A DNA stretch of 64,000 nt, from assembly GCA_047967505.1 (NCBI GenBank), contig CM106538.1; one strand, given 5' to 3'. The DNA comes from Dipteris shenzhenensis. Lineage: Eukaryota. Shown here piece after piece: positions 40,801-52,800 of this stretch. Within the stretch, counting starts at the first letter, position 1. Every line of letters begins with the position of its first letter. The notes under the pieces are model-generated. The model searched no databases and was not told the DNA's origin. It saw nothing but the letters and a program-made list of their open reading frames with translations. A program made the position numbers and the translations under genes.

Positions 40801-43800
40801 AATTTCTGGCATCCTGTTTGTACTCCTCAATAAAGAGAACATGAATGGAGCCACGAGTGACACCTAGATGAAGGTGATTCCAAATCAACTACTTGTGGCG
40901 GCAATGTGGCGCACCACCAAGACCGGCAATGTGGCGCACCACCAAGACCCTGTATGTTCCAACTAACAATTCTCATCGATGAGGAAGGAGCGTGTAACAC
41001 CTTACCCGACCTAGTGGTGGAGATAAACCCCTCAATGGGGGAAGACCTCCTCCTCAAATGGTGAGGGAGGGAGCCAACTAAAGGCTAATTGTCGCGGGTG
41101 AAAGAACTGGTCCACCTGAAGATGAGGCAATTTTGCCAATTGGAATACCAATCACTGCCTTGTTGAAGGTAGAAGGCATGAAATCCTCCTCAAGAAAGTC
41201 CAAAAGATCGACCAAGGCTAAAAAAGAGTTTATATGAATCAAGCCTGGCATAGGGTACATAGTATATCTTCAGATGAAACTAGAGAGGTGGAATGTACTA
41301 CCCCTTTCCCTCTATCTATGAAGGGGGATGCGGATGAGACATGGGGCTTCTCGAAGGGTTCATGACCTTGAAAGCTTGCAATGGCTCCTCAATCTGGTGA
41401 TACATCAACAAGGGTCTAAGGGTGAGGAGCTACGATTGGGTCGAGAAGGGGGGATGAAATTGGGGCATCCTCCTGAGCAATAGTCTCCAAAACTGCACAA
41501 GAAGTAGCAATGGTGGTTGCAACATGAATAGGAATTTCTGTAGCCTCGATGGGGGCATCTCTAGAGCATCCGAAGCAGAAGCTGTCTGATCTATAGGTGG
41601 TGGAGGTCAGCAGACTGAGACCAAAATCCATCGAAGGACAACAAGTACCACAGGTGCTAGTCGTGTAGCACGTGTCGAGCACAAAGTTGGTGTTAGAGGA
41701 GCACTCTCTCATGGAGGAACTATATTAACACTCTGTCGTGGAGGAGCACTTTGAGAGGAGGTCAAGGAGGAGCTGTATGAGAAGGCTTTTTAGGCCTCTT
41801 CTTCTGAGGCAATCCCTAGTGAGGTTCCCAAAGGTCTTATAAGTCCTAAACTGATCCTGTCTACCTGCACTTTCGACTCTTTGTCAAAAGAAAGAACCAT
41901 TCGGGTGCTAGAGCATCATCAACTATTTTAGGATCATCGATGATGACCCTAACTCTAGGTACCCGTCTGATTTGATTGCCTCTACTACAAAACAAGGCAA
42001 CCCAGGGATTGGGGATCTTAGTGAGGAGGCGATGAAAAACATAAGGAAGTCCGGGAACCTTATGAAAAGGGAGTGGCCTTTTCATCCTTGATTGACGAAT
42101 TGACTCCCATTCAGCCAATCCTTGACTGATTCCACCTGCCACAAAAACCATCACTTTTTAAAAAGACGAGTTGCACCAGCTCAAGAAGGACGTAGAGCTT
42201 GAGAGCTCTACTACACTCTTCGCACACATCTATCTATCTCATCCTTCCATGTTACAAGCGAGAGATTGGATGGTTGTAGCTTTACCCCCTAGATGTTTGC
42301 TTGTTGGAACGAGGATTTTTCCAAGTAGTTTTCGATTCCCCAAAGGCTATGAGCACGTTGCTCAAAGACAACCCTTTGCAGCTGCGCTATAGGAGGATTT
42401 TGTTTTGCTCCTTTCATGCTGGTCTTTGAACTAGTGGAGCTCTGTCCGACAAACCCCTATTGAGAGGAGGGGAGCATAGGAAGAGGGGAAGGGGGCATGA
42501 AGAGGAGGAGAGAGGGGGGCTGGGTAGCAGCCTAGGGGGGAGGAGTGGAGTCAGGGTAGGGAGAGGGGAGCTGAGGTAGGGGGAGGGGAGGCAGGGGTAG
42601 GTAGAAGGCAAGGGAGGGAGGAGACGGGGTAGGGAGGAGGGGATTCGCGGAGGTGAGGGTGATTAGGAGGCAGAGTGGGGAGGAGAGGAGGAGGCGGGGT
42701 AGGGAGGAGGGGAGTTGGGGTAGGGGGAGGGGAGGCGCGGGGCAGGGATGCAGCCCCTGGGGGAGGGGATAGAGCTTCGGGCTGGGGGGAAGGAGAGGGC
42801 AGGGCGGGAGAGGGAGAGGGGAGGGCGAGGGAAGAAAGGGGCTGAGAGAGGAAAGAGAGGCTGAGAGGGGAGGGCTAAGCTAAGAGGAGAGCTCAAGAGG
42901 GGGTAGTAGGGGAAGAGGCTGGGAGGAGCAGCAACTCTAGCCTCACCTCAATCTTTCATACTATTTGTCTAGAGGTGTCATTTTCTATACCAAGACACAT
43001 GAGAGTCAAGAGAGAGGACTGCCCATTGTGACAAAATATACCTAGGAGTCGGCTCATAGGAAGGAAATGAGGAGAGATACCTGTACACGAGGCTCTAGGG
43101 ATGTGGCTATCCTCTTCAAATCACACTTGAGACCACTTATATCCATGATGCGGAAGGAGGAATATGTAGGGCACATGTGGATACAGATTCATCCTCGTGG
43201 TGCACCGCCAATCTTTATTTGCAGTGTGCTCCTTTTCCCTAGATGCATCATCATATGCTCATGAGGTCACCACAAAGGGTCACAACCCATATGAGACGAT
43301 ATATGATGACATCACAGTGTTCTTTAGGTAGGGGGAGAACCTTCTAGTTGACTTCAACACACGTACGAGGGATAGGTAGGTGAGGCTTCTTGTTTTTGAA
43401 TCTGATCCCTTAGAGATGCATTGTAACTGAAGAGTCCAGATCACGAGGGATTGCGGACTGAGCATTTTGTGCATGGGCAGGAGGTCTTGACCGTTCTTAG
43501 CGCAGATGTTCAATCATGTTGTATGGCAAGGCTTTCCACCTACTTGGAGTACCATCACCATTGTGTCGATATACAAAGCAGGAGACCCCATGGACATTGG
43601 GAACTACCATTAACCCCCTCCCATGATTGACACACATTGGCTAAGATTTATGGATCAGTGTTGGAGAGAGAAATTAGCTCCCACATAGAGGCACGACGGC
43701 ATTGAGCTTTAAGACAAGATGGGTTTCAAAGGTAGCACTCCACCCTTGGCCACATTTTAACCTTACGAGCCATCGTTTAGGAGGTGAGATCGAGGTTCCA

Positions 43801-46800
43801 GAAAGTCTATGCTTGCTTTGTAGAATTTTGAAAGGCCTTTGACGCAAATTCATGTGCTCGTAGAATTAGGAGACTCCAAGAGATGTAGATCTCAGGAGTT
43901 ATGATTTGGGGTATGATGAGCCTATTTGAGTCATTCAGAGGGGGAGTACACGTCCAACGAGGTTTGTCTAATTTGGGTTGAGAGAACGATCAGAGTCAAC
44001 CAGGGACCCCCTCTCACTAACCCTCTTTTGCGTTTACATCAATGAGATCACGACTTTCATTGACCGCTTGGGAGAGGTGGGATCGCTGCTAGTTGATTTG
44101 ATGATATAAATATTGCTATACATAGATGACATACTCCTCATATCTGCCTCGGTAGCAGGCCTACAGAAATAACTAGATGCTTTAGAGGTGTTCTCCAAGG
44201 AGAGACACTTGGCAGTCAACCTTGGCAAGACCAAGGTTATTCTTTTCAACACCTCACGGCAATACTCACCAAGGGAGCCACTTGAGATTGTGCAATTGGA
44301 CACGTATCTAGGGGCATCTTTGCGGGACCGGTCTTCACGATAACCCATGCAACCAGAGCACAACGTACACGAGGGCAGAGTGCTCTAGCTCAGCTAGAGC
44401 GACAACTCTTTCAAGCACACTTTCAGGACCCGTCGACGAAGGGGTCGCTATTTGTACACTTGTGAGGTTGATAGCCATGCACCTAGCACCCTTCCAAGAG
44501 AGTGAACTATTAGTCACCAATTAGCGATGATTTGAGAGGCAATAAATGATTATGGGTTCCAAGATGATTTAGATTAAGCCCTTAGTCCCCATTAGATCAT
44601 ACAGCCATGACACCACTCCAAAGTGAGCCATGGAAGGAGCTACTCCACAAACTTCATGAGATCTAGGGCGGCCCTTAGGAACCATTTCTAGGTGGATTTT
44701 TTCTAGGATGAGGGATACTTGCTTGGGTAGGAGCTTAGAGGTGAGACTTGTAGCGCGACAGACACTTTATCATAGGCATCACACGTCGTTTGAAGAGAGG
44801 AGGCAACAGCCCCTTGTTTTCAAGGACCTTATCAGATTGACAATTGGACACACCATTGAGAGACCCAACCTCTCCTAGGGAGGTTTTGCTCAGACATTGA
44901 CCAACACAGTGGGAGAGAGTCTTTCTTTCATGGAGTTGCCCCACTTGCTCAGAGGCAAAGAGTTCAAGGACTTAGATTTAAACATTTTTACAACATCAAA
45001 TATTATTTATTATAATTAACGAGGTCATACATTCATGTAATGAAAATTGTTGCCCTTTTGAAAATAATGTCAATGCAAGTGCCTTCTATTAACATATTTA
45101 CTTTATATTCTTGTAAGCAGTAGCTACTCTTAGATGAATCGAGAACTGTCATCTAGGATAATTTTGAACTAGAATTTTAGGAACACTAGATCTAACCATA
45201 TTAAAGTGTGATGTATATATTTTTTAACAATAGATTTGACCATATTAATGTATATATTTTTAAACAAAAGATCATAACATATTACCTATATTTTTTGCAT
45301 GTAAAGCTTTTAGGTCCTCAATTTGGAGATAAAATAGTAAGGGCTTATGCAGTGGAAAGATTACATGCCTTAACAGATGATGAAGTGTTATTAATCTTGA
45401 TACAGCTAGTTCAGGTAAGTGATTGATTTAATTTTTAAGTTTGAAACTGGTATCCATTTTAAAACATCATTAAGTTCATGTTTAATATAAATGTTTGAAT
45501 TAATTGAGTTACAATATTGCATCCTTAAAACATATACACGATCTATGTATCAACCTACAACATGTTATGGATGTAGGCTCTAATGTATGAGCCATACAAC
45601 AACTCAAGTCTACTTCAATTTTTACTAGAAAGAGCGATGAATTCGACAATAGGACACCATTTGTATTGGCTTGTAAAGGTTTGGATCAACTCAATATGAT
45701 TGCAAGTTAAAGTTCATCTTAAATAATAAAAGTTGAGGTAACAAACATAGTAATTTTTAATTTCTCTTTATAGTTTTTATAATATCAATTTAAAAATATG
45801 ACAAATAGCTCCATAATCTTATCCATGCTTGGATATTTAAAATTATATTACCCCTATGTTTATATAAAATAAATATAAGTCTTGAGTGAGAATACACAAG
45901 ATTAAAGACGGGGAATGACTCAACCTTTTGTTTTGGCATAACAAAACTAATAAATAAAGTGATTCGGACTTTGATAAACTTTAATTGGATTGGTAAACAC
46001 TCAAATCACTTGATCAAGGAGATGGAAGCAATGACAATAAATGACATTAGTTGATAACATAACATTGCATAAACTCAACAAAAAACCAACATTGCATGAG
46101 TCAAGATGACTAATGTTACTGCTCTTAATTCCATATGCTTTTTTTCTTTGGGGCTAAAAAAAGTGATTTATATATATCTGCAATAAAGGATTTTACAAGT
46201 AGCTCTCATCCTATCTTCGAGGGCTTCCTGTTGGCCCCATAGATACAGCATCCCCCTGCATCTATGTTTTTTTAAAAGAATATATATATGTATATAGCAT
46301 TGTCTCGCTCCATGCTCGAGTTCCTTCTACACCAAAACCCTTTGTACTTCCACTTTCACCCCCCTCTCTATTTCATCTCCCACACCCTCTCTTATTGCTA
46401 GTCTCTGTAGCGCATCCTATCTGCCACCCCCTCTGCCCCCCCTCTTTTGTCTTCACCACCTCCCACCCTATTTTTTGCCACCCCTTCTCCTTCCCATCCT
46501 TTCCTTGTAAAACGTGCACATTGCATCTCTTCCCCCATCTTTTGATGCTCTTGTCCTATCTTTGAGGGCTTCCTGTTGGCCCCATAGATGCAACAGCCCC
46601 CTTGCATCTATGTTTTTTTAAACGTGGTCATGGGGGTATTTTTTTGCATTGGTCTGCTATTAGCTCTTAGATGAGGTTCTTGTGCGATGTTGCTTTGTGC
46701 ACTAGGGGTCTTCGTAAGGGCCCACAGGTTGTACATTAGTTGGGTTGGCGCTCAATCTCAAAATGTTTTACGATTCCTCTTGCTCTAGCCCTCTAGTTTG

Positions 46801-49800
46801 GGATGCTAGAGAACACTCAAGAATCTATTGATCTCTCACAATCTCACAATCTCGCAATGATCACGATGCCTCAGCGGAAGGAAAGGGAGCTTTGATACCA
46901 TGAACAAATATGGAGAGATGAGAGGAGAAGAGTGGAGATGAGGAGAGAGGGCACAGCTAGAGAGCACACCGCAAATGACTAATTGTACTGACTAATTGTA
47001 CACTAGAGTTAGTTGAAAATAAAGAATGTATACAAACCACTTTAGGGTTAGGGTTAAGGTTTCCCACCCTTTCCTTTTTAGTGCTCTTTTGTGTTAGTGC
47101 TATGCACAATATCAAACATGATGTTGAGATGAATCCTCAAAAATAGATGGGACACCTTGTGTGGACTTGTCTTGACTCCTCTGGGGATAGGTTAGGCCTC
47201 CACCCACCCACAACCTCACTAGGGCCAACAACTTGAGAGTTGAGAGGAGAGCCAAATGGTTGGCTAGGCAGCAACACGAGTAGGTGGAGCCTTCCATGGG
47301 AGGTTAGACCAAGGTGGACTAGAAGAAGCCATGAAAAAGGGCCTTACAAAATCACAGATGCTGTGTCCAACATTAGGTGAGTATAGGCCCTCCATGAGCT
47401 CCTCCTTCCTATCAGTAGGCACAAGATCCCCCTCAGGATATGTGTGCCTATGCTAAATCCAAAAGAGATCACTCTACAAGTGAATCACTAATATGATGAA
47501 CTGCCCCCAGTACTAAAAGTAATGAGGTGGTATGTCAGATGTATGAATGTGAAAATAGATGATAATATGAGGGTATTACTCTCTTAGAGTATTTCATGCA
47601 ATGTATCACTTTAATTGGTGAGTTCGATCTCGCCTAAGTATATGCTAGTCTATGTACAACTAGAATACATGTCGATACAATAAATGCAACAAAATATTTG
47701 GTCGTTGTTCACTTTATGTGCTAGTTTTAGAACCTGAGGGATAGATCTTCTTTGAACTTCTAACAAACTTGCTTTGAGTGTTGCTTTGGAGTTCACAAGG
47801 AACTTTCAAAGGTAGGTCACATGTGACTCCCTCCTCCCTACCCGAACCCCTCCTCAGCTACCCTAGATCCTCCCTCCCCCGCCCCTCCTAATCCCCATGT
47901 CTACCACCCCTTCTCAACCATCCCTACATCCTCCCCCCCTTTCACTTCCTTCTCCACCTCCCATTGCCCCCATTGCTCCCCCTGTACATCCCTCTCCTTC
48001 CTTGCACTTGCCCCCCACTATCGTCACACAATGTAGCTGATGATCACCCTCACCAACCACCCTCTACTCATTCCTTCTCCACCCCCCTTCCACTCATAGT
48101 CTTTTCCCCGTCCACCTCCCCCTGCTATAGTAGACCTTGCTCCCTTCTCCGACCTTCCACTCGTAGTGTAGTCTTCCCCTCCTCCACCTCCCCGCTTCTC
48201 CCTTCTCCTGCCCAGCCTCTTGAGTGCCCTAGCACACCTCTATGCCGATGCCATCTGACTTGGTCATATCTTCATCTTCATTCTCTCAATCTCAACTTGG
48301 CCCACTCCCCTAGTTCAAGACTTAGCTTCTAAGAAGACGATAGAGGTTGCCTCCCCCTTCTCATAGTCACTAGGAGGGTTTCAAGTTTGCATCCATAGGA
48401 GAGGAGCAGTGAGTGAGGTCCCCTTTTCTTTGACCTTATATTGTAGGAACAAATGTTTCACACAATGGAGGATGTCATCAAGGGGGAGAGTTTGACACAT
48501 ACTAATTGATCCAAAATTTCATGATCATCTGCAAGAAGGGTGCATGCAGTACCCTATTTGGCATGGTTATTCGTTGATCCCAAAGTAGTGCAAAAGATGT
48601 TCAAATATTCCAATGCCTCAAAATTATATCAATGGGTCTTCCTAGGGGTTAGATTTATATCATTAGCAAACTAATGGATTACCAATTTTTTATGAGAAGG
48701 GATTTCAATACCTTTAAATCCTTCCTTATTCCACTTGCTATTGAATGAGCCAGCCTAGAGAGCTAGCTACTCTATAGCAAAGAGAGGTGGACATAGGGAT
48801 GACCTTGCCTATGAACCTTTTTAGAAGGAAGGATTGAGACATCTCCCCATGTACACAAACTTGAGAACTAGCATAAGTGATTAGGGTTTTAACACATGAA
48901 ACAAACATAGAACCTAGTCCCATGTCTTGAATTTCTTGAACCAAGATGTTCCATTCCAATCTATCATAAGCTTTATCAAAATCCACTTTGTGGAAATAGA
49001 TGTCTAATGGATTTCTCTAGCATACCCCTCCATAAATGTTGATTGTGTCTTCCAAAAGATGTCTACCTTTGATGGAGACCTTCTGCTCCTACAATATCCA
49101 ATTGTCTGTTCACCTGTGGATCCTCAATGTCGGTGCTTTTGCAAATATCTTGTAGCTATAACTGAGAATATTTAGGGGCCTCTAGTTTCTTATCTCCTCT
49201 TTGTTTCCATCCTTGTTCATTAGCTTTATTATACCACCAGGGCAATTATTGGTCAATGACACTTTCCTACCAAAGGAGTAGAAGAAAGGTACGACAAGAT
49301 CCTTAAAATTTTTGTGGAACTCAATAGGGAGTCCTCTTCCCTAGGATTTTCCCATCATGTGTGACCTTTACAGCCTATTCTATCTATTTCAAATTTAGGG
49401 TTTTACAAGAAGAAATTATCAAAGTTGTGAATTGTGTAGACTCCGAAGGTGACTCATGTGTCGTGGGGATCTTGCAGAAGCCGACGGAGTACTCCTCCAA
49501 GCTACTCTAGGTTGAAAGCAATGCATGCAAATGCCATCTACTAGTGTCACTCCAGCGACTCCTAGCTTGTTGCAATTGTTGTGAATCCACAAGGACAAGA
49601 AGAGGGAGGGGAGAGGGAAGTGGAGAAGGAAGAAGAGGAGAAGAAGAAGGGAAGAGAAGAGACCATGACATTCACAAAAGGCGCTATGAGGGAACAAGAG
49701 ACGGCTCCAAAGAGGAGGAGGAGAGCTTGTATTCCAATGTGTGCAACCAACAAGTGAAGACCAAAGTCAACCATTTGGCCTTTTATACATGCTACCTTTT

Positions 49801-52800
49801 GAAGGGAGGTCCAATGCTGTTCCCTTTATACCACTCTCTTTCCTCATTCTTTATAATCATATTGGGCCTATTTGGCTCCAAGGCATAATCCTAGCTCTAT
49901 GGACATGCCACTATGCATCAAATGTCATTGCCATTAATGAAGTTAACATGCCCCCTTCTTGTTCTCGATCCAGTCCCTTGGATCATGAAAAGATCATGGT
50001 TGTTGGAGCATTGTTGATAATGATCATTCCTTTTGTGAATTTTTCCCGTTCGTAGTGCTCCATAGGTCTTCATTAGATCCTTTATTAGGTGGATGGAGTG
50101 GAGTTGAGTACTTGTGACCTTTCAAAGAAAGAGAATTAAAAAGAAAAGTGTAAGGTGTAAGTTAGCGGGAAGAAGGTGTCAGTATGGATTCGTGGAAGAT
50201 TCTAGTGGTGTTTGTGTTAGGAGAGTCTGTACAGTGTATTTGCATGCTCCACCGTAAGTCCCATGTTTGATTTGAGTCAGACTCTTATTGGATTCTCATC
50301 AGATTATGTATTTGCCATGCCATGTTTGTAAGTCTCAAGTTTTGCATGACATTTTGTCTTGCATCCCCACATAAAGCATTGTTGTAAATCCATTTGATGG
50401 ATTACATGACATTGAGGGCATTTCTTGATAGTTTTTTTGAGCCCAATAAGGTTGCAACACACACATGTCGTGGGGATCTTGCAAGAATTGGGATGGAGTA
50501 TTCCTCCAAGCTAATCTAGGTTGAGAGCAATGCATGCAAATGCCGTCTACTAGTGTCACGCCAGTGACTCCTAGCTTGTTATGATCATGAATCCATAAAG
50601 ACAAGAAGAGGAAGGGGAGAGGAAAGTGGAGAAGGAAGAGAAGGAGGAGGAGGGAAGAGGAGAAGAGACCATGACATTCACAAAAGGCACTATGAGGGAA
50701 CAAGAGACAGCTCCAAAGAGGAGGAGGAGAACTTATATTCCAATATGTGCAACCAAGTGAAGATCAAAGTCAACCATTTGGCCTTTATACATGCCACTTT
50801 TTGAAGGGAGGTCCAACCCTGTTCCCTTTATACCACTCTCTTTCCTCATTCTTTACAATCATATTGGGCTTATTTAGCTCCAAGGCATAATCCTAGCTCC
50901 ATGGACATGCTGCTATCCATCAAATGGCATTGCCATTAATGAAGTTAACATGCCCTCCTTCTTGTTCTTGATCCAGTCCCTTGGATCATGGTTGTTAGAC
51001 CGTTGTCGATAATGATCATTCCTTTGTGAATTTTTCCCGTTCGCAGTGCTCCATAGGTCTTCATTGGACCCTTTATTAGGTGGATGGAGTGGAGCTGAGT
51101 ACTTGTGTCCTTTCAAAGAAAGAGAAAGAAAAAGAAAAGTGTAAGATGTAAGTTAGTAGGAAGAAGTGTCAGTATGGATTCATGGAAGATCCTAGTGGTG
51201 TTTGTGTTAGGAGAGTCTGTACAGTGTATTTGCATGCTCCACCATAAGTCCCATCTTTGATTTGAGTGGGACTCTTATTGTATTCTCATCAAATTATGTA
51301 TTTGCCATGCCATGTTTGTAAGTCAGAAGTTTTGCATGACATTTTGTCTTACATCTCCACATAAAGCATTGTTGTCAATCCATTTGATGGATTACATGAC
51401 ATTGAGGGAATTTCTTCATAGTTTTTTTGAGCCCAATAAGGTTGTGACACACACGTGTCATGGGGATCTTGCAAGAATTCTAATGGAGTATTCCTCTAAG
51501 CCAATCTGGGTTGAGAGCAATGCATGCAAATGTCATCCACTAGTATCACGCTAGTGACTCCCGGCTTATTATGATAGTGAATCCATAAAGACAAGAAGAG
51601 GGAGGGGAGAGGGAAGCGGAGAAGGAAGAGGAGCATAAGAATAAGGGAAGAGGAGAAGAGACCGTGGCATTCACAGAAGAGGAGCATAAGAATAAGGGAA
51701 GAGGAGAAGAGACCATGGCATTCACAAAAGGCACTATGAGGGAACAAGAGACAACTCCAAGGAGCAGGAGGAGAGCTTGTATTCCAATGTGTGCAACCAA
51801 CAAGTGAAGACCAAAGTCAATCATTTGGCCTATTTTACATGCCACCTTTTGAAGGGAGGGCCAACCCTATTCCCTTTATACTACTCTCTTTCCTCATTCT
51901 TTACAATCATATTGGGCCTATTTGGCTCCAAGGCATAATCCTAGCTCCATGGACTTGCCACTATCCCTTAAATGATATTTTCACTAATGTAGTTAACATG
52001 AATTGCTTTAGCTCTTGCTTATTGAATACGTTTACCCATATTCGGAAGAAGTATTTGACACCTTTAGATGGTAATGCAAAAGGGAGGAATACAAAAATAT
52101 GTGAGTTGTATAATGATGCATGTCACAAATAAAGAGTTCAGCATATTCATTTTTGGTAGAAGGAGCAACATCGATTATACATATTATGAATTAAATGCAT
52201 GCATTTGGGCACACATACATGCATGCATACTCACATGTGCACACAAAATGAATGCACACAAACATGCACATGCACATGCACATGCACATACACATGCACA
52301 TATACATGCGCATCCACACACACATGTGCACATGCACATTTACACTTACATGCACATGCATCCACCCACATGCGTGTGCACGCATGCACATGCACACGTG
52401 ATACACATGCACATGCGTGCATGCACACACACAAACACACGTGCACAAACACACTCTTTTTTTGGTAAAATCCAGTGCATTTATATTCTCATGAATTTAC
52501 AAGATGGGAAGTCTCCAAAATGGAGAGTAACCCAAAGATCAGAAACATAAAAAGAAAAGCTCTATGCACGAAGCATGGACATCACCCTCATGGCAGGCAT
52601 CATATAAGGATTGCCGCAATGAGGCTTGGAAAGATTCATATGACTTGTGAATCTAGCGACTCAAGTATGCCAAATTATGCTCACTCCAGATTGTCCAAAG
52701 AGCTCAATATCTGACCCATGAGAGAAATAGTGAATAGTGAGACAAAGATCTCATAAATCTTCCAAATAACCAAAAATGTTTCCCAAATCTGTGGCTCGGG

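Larger units (their letters stand above)
25151..42940 (-). mobile_element. Old, degenerate, near full-length L1 hosting nested insertions
   Basis: Pieces 25151-25680, 35258-~35560, 37812-~40460 and ~40540-42940 are colinear with the L1 at 26530-33418 (3' tail, [14 protein letters not shown], endonuclease, [13 protein letters not shown]1, C-rich 5' UTR). Confidence 0.8.

Noticed and set aside
47041-47062. Telomere-like TTTAGGGTTAGGG
   Set aside because: Only 2-3 degenerate units inside a probable LTR; not an interstitial telomere array.
52068-52550. His/Cys-rich ORFs suggesting a metal-binding protein
   Set aside because: Translations of a CA/TGCA microsatellite.
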